Source: Spirochaetaceae bacterium
Lineage (GTDB): Bacteria; Spirochaetota; Spirochaetia; DSM-27196; SKKC01
Reading direction: 5' to 3'
NCBI GenBank assembly: GCA_046542845.1
Contig: JBKHAN010000007.1
Coordinates: 2,744-66,743, forward strand
Length of the DNA: 64,000 nt
Shown: piece after piece, positions 20,063 to 29,097 of the stretch
Layout of the letters: each line of letters opens with the position of its first letter
How positions within the stretch are numbered: the stretch's first letter is position 1
The notes under the pieces: model-generated
The model's database searches: none
Told to the model about the DNA's origin: nothing
The model's input: only the letters and a program-made list of their open reading frames with translations
Program-made: the position numbers and the translations under genes

Positions 20063-20096
20063 TCGTTTGTTCCTGCACAACGCGCAACACCCGTGA

Positions 20097-20126
20097 TTGA
20101 CAGATCTTTCCGCGGATTGGTACACT
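20097..20126 (+). promoter_or_regulatory. Candidate sigma70-type promoter for rimP-nusA-infB
   Basis: TTGACA (20097-20102), an 18-nt spacer, then an extended -10 TGgTACACT (20118-20126). It lies in the comF-rimP intergenic region. Confidence 0.45.
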
Positions 20127-20161
20127 CCTGCATAAGACAACTACGACCGGGAACGGGCAGG

Positions 20162-20190
20162 GAGTCGATATCGTATCGGCTCTTTTTTTT
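20162..20190 (+). terminator. Hairpin + U8 (comF terminator and/or rimP-nusA leader attenuator)
   Basis: gagtcgata (20162-20170) pairs with tatcggctc (20174-20182). This gives 9 bp with one G-U and a 3-nt loop, followed by eight T (20183-20190). It ends 17 nt before the rimP ATG. Confidence 0.6.
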
Positions 20191-20207
20191 GTCCGGAACG
20201 TAAGGCA

Positions 20208-20648
20208 ATGGCACACAGCGACACACAGCTTACTCAGGACATCGAAGAACTGATCAACGGGATGGGAATGAACCTGGTATCCATGAATCAGCAGGTCGTA
20301 AACGGTCGCCTGCACGTATCGCTTGTCGTCCACAAGCCCGGCGGGGTCAAACTGGATGACTGCGCCGACGTTCATCGCACGGTACAGCCGCGAATATCGG
20401 TCCTGACCGGTCGAAGGGATTTGAGTATAGAAGTATCGTCGCCCGGAATAGGCCGAAAACTGAAAGAGCCGGGCGAGTATCGGCCCTTTATCGGAAGCAT
20501 GATCAAAGTCCTTCCCCGGGACGGCGACTGGTTTTCGGCTCGTCTGCGTGCCTGCGACGATACCACTGTTGAACTGGAGCGGGACGGAACCGTATCTCGC
20601 ATGAGTTATGATACAATTACTGTGTCACGACTGGACGACACAGTCTAA
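20208..20648 (+). CDS. rimP: Ribosome maturation factor RimP
   Basis: 146 aa directly upstream of nusA. It shows the RimP-like pattern (LV..G..LV, V.KPGGV.LDDC...HR, EVSSPGIGR.L). Confidence 0.85.
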   Translation: MAHSDTQLTQDIEELINGMGMNLVSMNQQVVNGRLHVSLVVHKPGGVKLDDCADVHRTVQPRISVLTGRRDLSIEVSSPGIGRKLKEPGEYRPFIGSMIKVLPRDGDWFSARLRACDDTTVELERDGTVSRMSYDTITVSRLDDTV

Positions 20649-20669
20649 AGGGAACAGAGGAAACACACC

Positions 20670-22307
20670 ATGTCTGCTCAATTAGCCGAAGCAATTCGCC
20701 AGCTGGTAAGCGATAAAGGCATCAGTGAAGAACTGATCATGACCACGATCGAAGAGTTTCTTCGAGCGGCGTATAAGCGCAAGTTCGGACACGACGACAA
20801 TGCCGTTGTGAAGTTCAGCGACGACGGGCAGGATGTAACCCTCTACGCCCAGAAAGAAATAGTCGACGAAGTCATGGACCCGGCGACAGAGATTGCGCTG
20901 AGCGAAGCGCTCGAACTTAACGATGAATGCGAAATCGGAGACGAACTGCTGATTGAGGTCGATCCGAGCGAATTCGATCGGGTCGCCGTACAGAGCGCGA
21001 AGCAGAAGGCGCGCCAGACGCTCCGGGAAATACAGAAAGATACCCTGTACAGTGAGTTCAAAGACAAAGTCGGCGAAATGATCATTGGCTACTACCAGCG
21101 TGAACGGAACGGCAACATCTTTGTCGACCTCGGAAAGACTGAGGGCATGATGCCCAAGCGATATCAAAGCCCGCGCGAAGTCTATCGCCCGAACGACCGG
21201 ATCAAAGCGCTCATCTACGAAGTTTCGAAAACACCGACCGGCCTACAGATTATTCTGTCGCGCACACATACCGACTTCGTACGTCGGATTTTTGAACTCG
21301 AAGTTCCCGAGGTATACGACAAGACCGTTGAAATCTTCAAGATTGTCCGGGAACCCGGATACCGAACGAAAATAGCGGTGTATTCCAACAGGGACGACGT
21401 CGATCCGGTCGGAGCCTGCGTTGGAATGAAGGGTGTTCGAATACAGTCGATCGTTCGGGAACTCGAGGGCGAAAAGATTGATATTCTCAAGTATGATGTC
21501 GACACGCGAAGCTTTATCAAGAACGCGCTTTCTCCCGCCGAAGTCAGCAACGTCGTTATTCTCGATGAGTCAAAACGTCAGGCCCTCGCGATCGTGCCCG
21601 AAACGCAGCTGAGTCTCGCGATAGGAAAACAGGGGCTCAACGTGCGCCTCGCCAACCGCCTGGCCGACTGGAACATAGACGTGAAAACCGAGGACCAGTT
21701 TGCAGAAATGGACATTGCCGCGGATACCAAGCGTGCCGTCAGCGCGCTCTTCGGTGACGTGGAGGAAGAGGAAATCACTCGACTTGCCGAGCTTCCCGAG
21801 ATACCACCTCGTATCGTCGACATTCTCGAGCGCCGCGGAATCGAGCTCATAGAGACGCTCGTCGGCATGACCGACGAGGATCTTCGCAGTATAGACGAAC
21901 TCTCAAGCGAGGATGTCTCAATGCTGAATCGCATCATAGCCGAAAGCGTTGAGATCATCGAGGACGAAGTCGAAGAAGAAGTCCCGGTCGAGCCGGTGGC
22001 TACTGACGAATTTGAAGATACCGGCGACGAGTCAGAGGCCGAAGACGAACGACTCGAGTCCGATCTTGACGAACCCGAAGATGAAGAAGAAGAGATCACC
22101 CTGATCAGCGAACTCCCCGATGTTCCGGATAACGTGGTTGAACGACTGCGTGCTGCAGGAGTCACGGAAGTCGTCGATCTACTCCAGATGACCGGTAAGC
22201 AGCTGAAAGCCGTGGAGGGTCTCAGCGACGAAGAGGTCGAACTGATACAGGAAATTGTCCGGGAAAGCGTTGAAGTTATCGAAGACGACGAGGACGAAGA
22301 CTATTAG
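20670..22307 (+). CDS. nusA: Transcription termination/antitermination factor NusA, with duplicated acidic C-terminal HhH repeats
   Basis: N-terminal domain, S1 domain (GEMIIGYYQRERNGNIFVDLGKTEGMMP) and KH domains (DPVGACVGMKGVRIQSIVRELEGEKIDI and LSLAIGKQGLNVRLANRL). Two acidic C-terminal repeats follow. Confidence 0.9.
   Translation: MSAQLAEAIRQLVSDKGISEELIMTTIEEFLRAAYKRKFGHDDNAVVKFSDDGQDVTLYAQKEIVDEVMDPATEIALSEALELNDECEIGDELLIEVDPSEFDRVAVQSAKQKARQTLREIQKDTLYSEFKDKVGEMIIGYYQRERNGNIFVDLGKTEGMMPKRYQSPREVYRPNDRIKALIYEVSKTPTGLQIILSRTHTDFVRRIFELEVPEVYDKTVEIFKIVREPGYRTKIAVYSNRDDVDPVGACVGMKGVRIQSIVRELEGEKIDILKYDVDTRSFIKNALSPAEVSNVVILDESKRQALAIVPETQLSLAIGKQGLNVRLANRLADWNIDVKTEDQFAEMDIAADTKRAVSALFGDVEEEEITRLAELPEIPPRIVDILERRGIELIETLVGMTDEDLRSIDELSSEDVSMLNRIIAESVEIIEDEVEEEVPVEPVATDEFEDTGDESEAEDERLESDLDEPEDEEEEITLISELPDVPDNVVERLRAAGVTEVVDLLQMTGKQLKAVEGLSDEEVELIQEIVRESVEVIEDDEDEDY
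21765..22289 (+). repeat. Tandem protein-level duplication within NusA C-terminus (two ~68-aa acidic HhH-like units)
   Basis: Unit 1 (aa 366-433): EEEITRLAELPEIPPRIVDILERRGIELIETLVGMTDEDLRSIDELSSEDVSMLNRIIAESVEIIEDE. Unit 2 (aa 472-540): EEEITLISELPDVPDNVVERLRAAGVTEVVDLLQMTGKQLKAVEGLSDEEVELIQEIVRESVEVIEDD. Confidence 0.8.
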
Positions 22308-22322
22308 CGCGTACAGGCACAA

Positions 22323-25079
22323 ATGACGGTTTCACCCGGTTTCACAAAGCCCGTGCAATCCGTTAAGATAGAGAACACGGAGGCTGAAGTCCAACAGACA
22401 AAGCGTATGGCAGAAGAGCAGGAACAGAACAAAAAACCGAAAGCAACTCTCATCAAGCATCGGAAATCCGACGCTCCAGGCGAGTCAGGCGACGAACCCA
22501 AGAGAAAGAAACCACGCATTGTCGTTAAACGGAAGGCGAAAAGTACGTCACCCGACGAAACAGCCACCCCTGCAAAGTCTTCCGAACCGCCTGCGACGCC
22601 TCCCAAACCCGACGTTGAAACGCCGCACGCTCCGGGAGCGGGCGTTGATTCGGTGAAACCGGCAGACTCACCACGGGCCGATACCCCGCAAGAGGAAACT
22701 GTGTCTCCCTCACCCGGCGACGCGCAGGCCGGAGGTTCCGATAGGGTTCCGGAAGGTGAGGCGCCGCAAGCGGCAACGGGACCTGAAGCCCCGAAAAGCG
22801 AAGTGCCGAACGAATCGTCGGTCGAAAAAGCGCCTCCTGAAAAATCGGCTGACGCCCCGACTGCGGCAACAAAAGAGGGCGACGGTAAAGAACCGGCTAC
22901 CATGCGCCAGACGGTCCGTCGGCAGACCTTCAGGCGACAGCCCACACGGCCTTCACCTGCTCCATTCAGGCGCACCGGTGGCACCGGCCGTCACGTGTCG
23001 TCCTCCGAACTCGAGGCGCGAGCAGAACGCGCCGACAGTCGCCCTGTGTCTCCGGAACAGCGAAGCCCCCGTCCGGGTGGCTTCAGTGGTCCCCGTCCGG
23101 GTGGGCCTCCACGCGGGGGAACCGGCAGCGGGCCACCGCCGGCAGGACCTGCTGCAGCCGGTGGCAAACAGGGTGGCAGAAAGTTTATCAAGTCGAAGCG
23201 AAAAGACGGTGGCTACCAGAAGCGAGAACAACAGCCCGAAAAGCAGATTTACTACAACAAGAAACGCACCCAGCAGCAACGTGCGAACCCGGTCCCGAAA
23301 CAGATCGACATTATGGAGGTCGTGACCGTTTCGGAGCTCGCGCGTAAAATGAACCTCAAAGCTTCCGACATCATCGGTAAACTCATGGGCATGGGTATGA
23401 TGGTGACCATCAACCAGCAGATCGACGCTGAAACAGCCGAGATTGTCGCCTCCGAGTACGGATGCTCGGTCAACGTCGTTAATCTTTACGACGAAACGCT
23501 TATTGCGACCCCCGAGGATACGGCCGAAGAGCTGCAGCCACGGCCCGCGATCGTGACCGTTATGGGTCATGTCGATCACGGTAAAACCAAACTGCTCGAC
23601 GGGATACGCAAAACCAACGTTGCAGGCGGCGAATTTGGTGGAATCACTCAGCACATAGGGGCGTATCAGGTCGAAACAGAGCACGGGAAACTGACCTTCC
23701 TTGATACACCGGGCCACGAAGCGTTTACCCTCATGCGTGCCCGAGGCGCGAACATTACCGACATTGTGATACTCGTCGTGGCCGCGAACGACGGCGTAAT
23801 GCCTCAGACCATCGAGGCTATAGATCACGCCAAAGAAGCCAAGGTGCCTATTATTGTCGCCCTGAATAAAACTGACCTTCCGGATATCAATGTCGATCGC
23901 GTCAAGCAGCAATTGAGCGAGCTCGACCTGACGCCCGAAGAGTGGGGCGGTTCGACGCTCCTTGTGCCAATCTCGGCACTGAAGGGCACGGGCGTAGCCG
24001 ATCTGCTTGAGACCGTCGCGCTGCAGGCAGAGCTCCTTGATCTGAAGGCAAACTACAATTGCCGCGCGGAAGGAAAAATTATCGAAACTCGTATAGATGC
24101 GGGCCGTGGTACCGTTTCGAGCGTTCTGATCGAACGTGGTACGCTGCGCGTCGGTGACAGTTTTGTCGCCGGAGTATATCCCGGACGGGTTCGTGCGATG
24201 TTCAACGACCGGGGCGAGCGCATCGACGAAGCGTCTCCGAGCATGCCGGTAGAAATACTCGGTCTCACCGGCATACCTGAGGCGGGCGACCCCTTTCAGG
24301 TTACCGAAAGCGAGAGAATGGCTCGGCAGGTCGGGGACAAGCGCCAGGAGCTTCGTAAGCTTGAGGATGCCCGAAACGTGAAAAAGGTCACGCTCGACAA
24401 CCTGTATGACACGATTCAGGAAGGAAATGTCCAGGAACTGAAGGTCGTCGTCAAGGGAGACGTTCACGGCTCGGTTGAAGCTCTCAAGAGTTCACTTGAG
24501 GGCTTGAGCACGCCCGAGATCAAACTGACGGCGATACGCGCCGCAGCCGGTGCCATCAACGAAAACGATGTTATGCTTGCAAGCGCGTCGAATGCGGTTA
24601 TTGTCGGTTTCCACGTACGCCCCACACCGCGCGCATCTGAAATCGCGGACAGAGAAAAAGTCGAGATCAGGAAATACAGCATTATTTACGATGCTATCGA
24701 CGATATCCGGACGGCAATGGAAGGTATGCTCGCGCCCGAACTGCGTGAAGAGACTGTGGCAACCGTCGAAGTACGAGAAACCTTCAAAGTACCCAAAATC
24801 GGCATCATCGCCGGCTGTTTCGTGAAGACCGGTACCGTGACGAGAAACGCCCAGGCGCACGTCATTCGCGATGGTGTGGAAATTTTCACCGGCAAGATCA
24901 ATTCGCTCAAACGCTTCAAAGACGACGTACGAGAAGTGAAGGCGGGATACGAGTGCGGTCTCGGGATCGCGAATCTGAACGACCTGAAGCCTGGAGATGA
25001 AATCGAAGTCTTCCAGATCACGGAAATCAGCAGGAAACTATCTGCCCCGGTAAAAGCATCGAAGAGCGAAAAACGGTAG
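22323..25079 (+). CDS. infB: Translation initiation factor IF-2
   Basis: Low-complexity P/E/G/K-rich N-terminus followed by the G domain ([26 protein letters not shown]). The C-terminal domains end ...[12 protein letters not shown]. The start is uncertain: ATG 22323 or ATG 22407 (MAEEQEQ). Confidence 0.9.
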   Translation: MTVSPGFTKPVQSVKIENTEAEVQQTKRMAEEQEQNKKPKATLIKHRKSDAPGESGDEPKRKKPRIVVKRKAKSTSPDETATPAKSSEPPATPPKPDVETPHAPGAGVDSVKPADSPRADTPQEETVSPSPGDAQAGGSDRVPEGEAPQAATGPEAPKSEVPNESSVEKAPPEKSADAPTAATKEGDGKEPATMRQTVRRQTFRRQPTRPSPAPFRRTGGTGRHVSSSELEARAERADSRPVSPEQRSPRPGGFSGPRPGGPPRGGTGSGPPPAGPAAAGGKQGGRKFIKSKRKDGGYQKREQQPEKQIYYNKKRTQQQRANPVPKQIDIMEVVTVSELARKMNLKASDIIGKLMGMGMMVTINQQIDAETAEIVASEYGCSVNVVNLYDETLIATPEDTAEELQPRPAIVTVMGHVDHGKTKLLDGIRKTNVAGGEFGGITQHIGAYQVETEHGKLTFLDTPGHEAFTLMRARGANITDIVILVVAANDGVMPQTIEAIDHAKEAKVPIIVALNKTDLPDINVDRVKQQLSELDLTPEEWGGSTLLVPISALKGTGVADLLETVALQAELLDLKANYNCRAEGKIIETRIDAGRGTVSSVLIERGTLRVGDSFVAGVYPGRVRAMFNDRGERIDEASPSMPVEILGLTGIPEAGDPFQVTESERMARQVGDKRQELRKLEDARNVKKVTLDNLYDTIQEGNVQELKVVVKGDVHGSVEALKSSLEGLSTPEIKLTAIRAAAGAINENDVMLASASNAVIVGFHVRPTPRASEIADREKVEIRKYSIIYDAIDDIRTAMEGMLAPELREETVATVEVRETFKVPKIGIIAGCFVKTGTVTRNAQAHVIRDGVEIFTGKINSLKRFKDDVREVKAGYECGLGIANLNDLKPGDEIEVFQITEISRKLSAPVKASKSEKR

Positions 25080-25085
25080 AGCAAC

Positions 25086-25427
25086 ATGGAACGAACCGAT
25101 CGCGCCGGACGCCTGCTCCAGAGGATAATCAGCGAAATGATTCTCACGGAGCGCGTCCGTGATCCGCGGGTCAGCAAGCTTGTCACCATCCACGAAGTCG
25201 AAGTAACAAAGGATCTTCGTAACGCGACGGTTCACGTCGGCGGATACGTCTCCGAACCTGAGCTTCAGTCTTCGGTAGATGGACTCAATGCGGCCGCGGG
25301 CTTTCTGCAAGCAGGCATCGCCAGGCACATACAGTGGAAGTCGACACCAAAGCTCACGTTTGTGATGGATACCCGCGTTCGCGAATCGCAGGAACTTCTT
25401 CAGGACATGGATCGTCACGGCCTCTAG
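25086..25427 (+). CDS. rbfA: Ribosome-binding factor A
   Basis: 113 aa with R..R....I...I......DPR......I..VEV..DL..A.V pattern. It occupies the infB-rbfA-truB position. Confidence 0.85.
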   Translation: MERTDRAGRLLQRIISEMILTERVRDPRVSKLVTIHEVEVTKDLRNATVHVGGYVSEPELQSSVDGLNAAAGFLQAGIARHIQWKSTPKLTFVMDTRVRESQELLQDMDRHGL

Positions 25428-25445
25428 CGCACAGCGGTAAGCGAA

Positions 25446-26336
25446 ATGTCAGAGAGTCACACCGGAGCAGTTCTTCTTGACAAAGCGGAGGGAATCTCGT
25501 CGTTCAAGGCTCTTTCCCCGGTAAAGCGAGCCTATCGGGGAAAAAAGGTGGGTCACACCGGCACGCTCGATCCGTTTGCGTCCGGACTGCTGGTCGTGCT
25601 CGTCGGTCCGCTTACCCGCCTCGCCGGCGAGTTAACCGGACTCGAAAAGCATTACTCGACGACCGTTACCTTTGGCGAAGAGACTGACACGCTTGACCCT
25701 ACCGGGACGGTGGTACACCGCTGCGACACGATACCGGACCTTTCGGAAATCGAAAGCGTTCTCCCGCGCTTTATCGGTACGATTACGCAGGTCCCACCTA
25801 TATACAGCGCCGTCCACATAAACGGACGGCGAGCGTACGACCTCGCGCGCCGTGGAATCGATGAAGCAGTTCCCGAGCGAACGGTTACGGTCAGCTCGCT
25901 GTCTGTAAGCGACTGGTCACCACCGGAGCTTTCGCTTGAGATCACCTGCGGTTCCGGCACGTACGTGCGCTCGCTCGCCCGAGACATTGGCCTGGCCTGC
26001 GGCTCAAGAGCGCACGTCTCGAGGCTTCGTCGGACCCGCGTCGGACAGTTTCACATCGGCGACAGCCAAAGCGTCGACGATTTTTCGGCACGCCCGCGAC
26101 TCGTTTCCGCATTTGAGGTTCTTCGCCGCATGCCGGGAATTGATTGCCGGACAGTTCACGAACATGCCGCGGCGGATATCGCGCACGGGAAGCCGTTTCG
26201 CACCGCCATGCTTGCAGAAGCCGGGACGGAAACCAGCGAGTCAGACCTTGCACTTTTCGATACCAGCGGGAATTTTCGAGCGCTCGTGCAAAAGACGCAG
26301 ATTGGATACAAGTATCGTTTTGTCGTACCACCGTGA
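25446..26336 (+). CDS. truB: tRNA pseudouridine(55) synthase TruB
   Basis: LLDKAEGISSF, the catalytic-Asp motif KVGHTGTLDPFASGLLVV, QVPPIYSAV and GTYVRSLARDIG. Confidence 0.9.
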   Translation: MSESHTGAVLLDKAEGISSFKALSPVKRAYRGKKVGHTGTLDPFASGLLVVLVGPLTRLAGELTGLEKHYSTTVTFGEETDTLDPTGTVVHRCDTIPDLSEIESVLPRFIGTITQVPPIYSAVHINGRRAYDLARRGIDEAVPERTVTVSSLSVSDWSPPELSLEITCGSGTYVRSLARDIGLACGSRAHVSRLRRTRVGQFHIGDSQSVDDFSARPRLVSAFEVLRRMPGIDCRTVHEHAAADIAHGKPFRTAMLAEAGTETSESDLALFDTSGNFRALVQKTQIGYKYRFVVPP

Positions 26337-26361
26337 GCAGACGCGCGACAGACTGGTCGGG

Positions 26362-26390
26362 TTGACAGAGACCTGTCGCGTAATCATAAT
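26362..26390 (+). promoter_or_regulatory. Candidate sigma70-type promoter for rpsO(-pnp)
   Basis: TTGACA (26362-26367), a 17-nt spacer, then CATAAT (26385-26390). It lies ~180 nt upstream of the rpsO ATG. The -35 sits in the loop of a perfect 8-bp inverted repeat (cgcgacag at 26344-26351, ctgtcgcg at 26373-26380). Confidence 0.45.
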
Positions 26391-26570
26391 TAACGTTCAA
26401 TATCGCGCGCTTACCATCCCCGGGGCGCTTTCGCATACCGAGATTTTCACATGAAAACCCGATATGCAAAAGTGTACGAAGCGTTTGCTCCCGCGAACAG
26501 CGGCGGCAAGGGCGCGGTTTGACTACATTTTCAGGTTTTGTGCCGGCATACCATGGAGGACACGATCTAT

Positions 26571-26840
26571 ATGCCATTATTGAAGGAAGAAAAACAGCAG
26601 ATTGTCGAGCAGTTCGGCGCAAGCGCCACCGACACCGGCAATACGGAGGTTCAGATTGCGCTTCTTACCAGGAGAATCGACCAGCTGACCGAGCATTTCA
26701 AGACTCACAAGCAGGATCATAATTCGCGCCGTGGGCTTTTGAAGCTTGTCGGACGAAGGCGGCGACTTCTACGGTATCTGAGCGAGAACGACCTCGACCG
26801 CTACCGCCAGCTTATCGCAACCCTCGGTCTTCGAAAGTAG
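26571..26840 (+). CDS. rpsO: 30S ribosomal protein S15
   Basis: [16 protein letters not shown]....[44 protein letters not shown] is canonical S15. ATG 26571 is preceded by GGAGGA. The track start at 26538 is an extension. Confidence 0.92.
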   Translation: MPLLKEEKQQIVEQFGASATDTGNTEVQIALLTRRIDQLTEHFKTHKQDHNSRRGLLKLVGRRRRLLRYLSENDLDRYRQLIATLGLRK

Positions 26841-26866
26841 ACCCGGGCAACCCCGTCTACCGGCGG

Positions 26867-26904
26867 CTGGTCGAACACGTATATCGATCAGTCGCTTTTT
26901 TTTT
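26867..26904 (+). terminator. Candidate intrinsic terminator/attenuator between rpsO and pnp
   Basis: ctggtcga (26867-26874) pairs with tcgatcag (26884-26891), giving 8 bp with one G-U and a 9-nt loop. After 4 nt comes a run of nine T (26896-26904). A second hairpin, gtagac/gtctac (26837-26860), spans the rpsO stop codon. Confidence 0.5.
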
Positions 26905-26978
26905 GCTTCGCCGTACATACCCTGAAAGTATGGAAAGCACTTCCTGTGAACGGACACATACAAGGACATAGAAAGAAC

Positions 26979-29066
26979 ATGACAAAAGTAAGCGTAACGA
27001 TAGGAAAAACGGAACTCACCCTCGAAACGGGCCGAATGGCGAAGCAGGCAAACGGCTCAGTATTCGCCACCTACGGTGGCAGTGCCGTTCTCGGAACGGT
27101 CTGCTGTTCAAGCAAGGAACTCGACGTAGACTTCCTGCCGCTCTCGGTCGACTACAACGAAAAATACTACGCAGCGGGGAAGATCCCCGGCGGTTTCCTG
27201 AAACGGGAAGGTCGTCCGAAAGACAAGGAAGTTCTCGTATGTCGTCTCATCGACCGTCCCATGCGCCCGCTCTTTGACAAGAACTTTCGTCGTGATATTC
27301 AAATCGTCCCGACGACCGTCAGTGCGGACTCAATTAATCCTCCCGACGTGCTCGGTATGATCGCGGCTTCAGCTGCAGTCACGATATCCGATATCCCGTT
27401 TAACGGCCCCACCGGTGCCGTACGCGTATCAATGATCGACGGCGAGTACATCATTAATCCAACGTACGAGGAAATCGAAAAGGGTCTCCTTGATATTGTC
27501 GTTGCCGGCACCCGTGACGGTATTACCATGGTCGAAGGCGGCGCAGCCGAAATCTCCGAAGAGATTCTTGCAGGTGCGATCGATGCGGCTCGAGAGCCCA
27601 TACAGCAGATATGTACGCTTATCGAGAATCTTCGGGAAAAGGCTGGTAAGGAGAAACTTCCTGTACCGCCCCCGGCACCGGAAATCCCCAACGCGGACGA
27701 GATACGCTCGCATGTGCGTCCGAAAATGGAAGAAGCAGCGTTTGTAAAGGGCAAGTTTGAACGCCACAGCGCGATTGCGGCTGTCGTCAAGGAAGCCGCA
27801 GAGCACTTTGCATCGACGATAGAAGAGCACGGTGAAAAGGGCTTTTATTCGATTATGGATGCGATGGAAAAAGAGATTCTCCGGAACAGCATACTCGAAC
27901 GTAAGATCAGGACGGACGGACGCGGCCCTGAAGATATCAGGTCAATTACCTGCGAGGTGGGTGTCCTTCCGCGCACACACGGCAGTGCCCTGTTCACGCG
28001 AGGGGAGACCCAGGCGCTTGCGATCACGACTCTTGGCACCGCTCGCGACGAGCAGATCCTCGACGATATCGAAGGTGATCGCCGCGAGAACTTTATGCTC
28101 CATTATAACTTTCCTCCGTTCAGTGTCGGTGAAACCGGTCGCCTTGGCACCGGACGACGGGAAATCGGACATGGTCACCTTGCGCTCAGGGCTATTGAGC
28201 GCATTCTCCCGACCAAGGAAGCATTTCCGTATACCACTCGCATCGTCAGCGAAGTGCTCGAGTCAAACGGGTCAAGCTCGATGGCGACGGTATGCGGCGG
28301 ATCGCTCAGCCTTATGGACGCAGGCGTACCCATTTCGGCTCCGGTTGCAGGCATCGCGATGGGGCTTGTCCAGCAGGGCGACCGTACAGTCGTCCTCAGC
28401 GATATTCTCGGAGAAGAAGACGCGCTTGGAGATATGGATTTCAAAGTTGCTGGAACGGAAAAGGGCATTACTGCGTTCCAGATGGACATTAAACTGTCCA
28501 ACGTCGACCCGAGTGTCATGCGGACTGCGCTCGAACAGGCGCGTAAAGGCCGTATGCACATTCTTTCGATCATGAACGAAGCGCTCGCACAACCGCGCAG
28601 CGAGTTGAGTGAGCACGCACCGAGGATTATGAGTTTCAAGGTGGATCAGGACAAGATTGGTCTCATGATTGGGCCCGGAGGCAAAACGATCAAGAGCATC
28701 TCGGAAAAACACGATGTTCAGACCAACATTGAAAATGACGGCACGGTAACCATCTACTGTAACGACAAGGCAGGCGCCGAAGCGGCAAAAGCGGCATTCA
28801 TGTCGCTGCTGGAGGAACCTGAGGTCGGTAAGACCTACGAAGGCGTGGTGCGACGCATCGTCGATTTTGGCGCGTTTATCGAGTTTCTCCCCGGAAAGGA
28901 AGGTCTATGCCATATTTCGAAGATGGCCTCGCATCGGGTTGAGTCGGTGTCTGATATCCTCGAACTCGGACAGGAAGTTCCGGTCAAGATCATCGAGATC
29001 GACAAAATGGGGCGGACGAATCTGCGACTCATATACGACGAGCCGGAACGTAGCCAGAATAAGTGA
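26979..29066 (+). CDS. pnp: Polyribonucleotide nucleotidyltransferase (PNPase)
   Basis: Two RNase PH-like domains, then KH ([10 protein letters not shown]) and S1 ([31 protein letters not shown]) domains. [13 protein letters not shown] is the classic N-terminus. I prefer ATG 26979 over the track's GTG 26946. Confidence 0.92.
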   Translation: MTKVSVTIGKTELTLETGRMAKQANGSVFATYGGSAVLGTVCCSSKELDVDFLPLSVDYNEKYYAAGKIPGGFLKREGRPKDKEVLVCRLIDRPMRPLFDKNFRRDIQIVPTTVSADSINPPDVLGMIAASAAVTISDIPFNGPTGAVRVSMIDGEYIINPTYEEIEKGLLDIVVAGTRDGITMVEGGAAEISEEILAGAIDAAREPIQQICTLIENLREKAGKEKLPVPPPAPEIPNADEIRSHVRPKMEEAAFVKGKFERHSAIAAVVKEAAEHFASTIEEHGEKGFYSIMDAMEKEILRNSILERKIRTDGRGPEDIRSITCEVGVLPRTHGSALFTRGETQALAITTLGTARDEQILDDIEGDRRENFMLHYNFPPFSVGETGRLGTGRREIGHGHLALRAIERILPTKEAFPYTTRIVSEVLESNGSSSMATVCGGSLSLMDAGVPISAPVAGIAMGLVQQGDRTVVLSDILGEEDALGDMDFKVAGTEKGITAFQMDIKLSNVDPSVMRTALEQARKGRMHILSIMNEALAQPRSELSEHAPRIMSFKVDQDKIGLMIGPGGKTIKSISEKHDVQTNIENDGTVTIYCNDKAGAEAAKAAFMSLLEEPEVGKTYEGVVRRIVDFGAFIEFLPGKEGLCHISKMASHRVESVSDILELGQEVPVKIIEIDKMGRTNLRLIYDEPERSQNK

Positions 29067-29097
29067 CAAAAGGGTGAAACCCTGAGACTCAACTCGC

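Noticed and set aside
22953-24467. 504-aa ORF antisense to infB.
   Set aside because: Its codons are in register with the infB codons (22953-22323 = 630 = 3x210). A stop in this antisense frame therefore needs a sense TTA, CTA or TCA codon, and these are rare in this GC-biased codon usage. It is a shadow ORF with a low-complexity translation.
26451-26522. 23-codon upstream ORF (MKTRYAKVYEAFAPANSGGKGAV) in the rpsO leader.
   Set aside because: It has no Shine-Dalgarno-like sequence upstream and no features of a regulatory leader peptide. It is probably fortuitous, and I keep it only as a note for the leader analysis.
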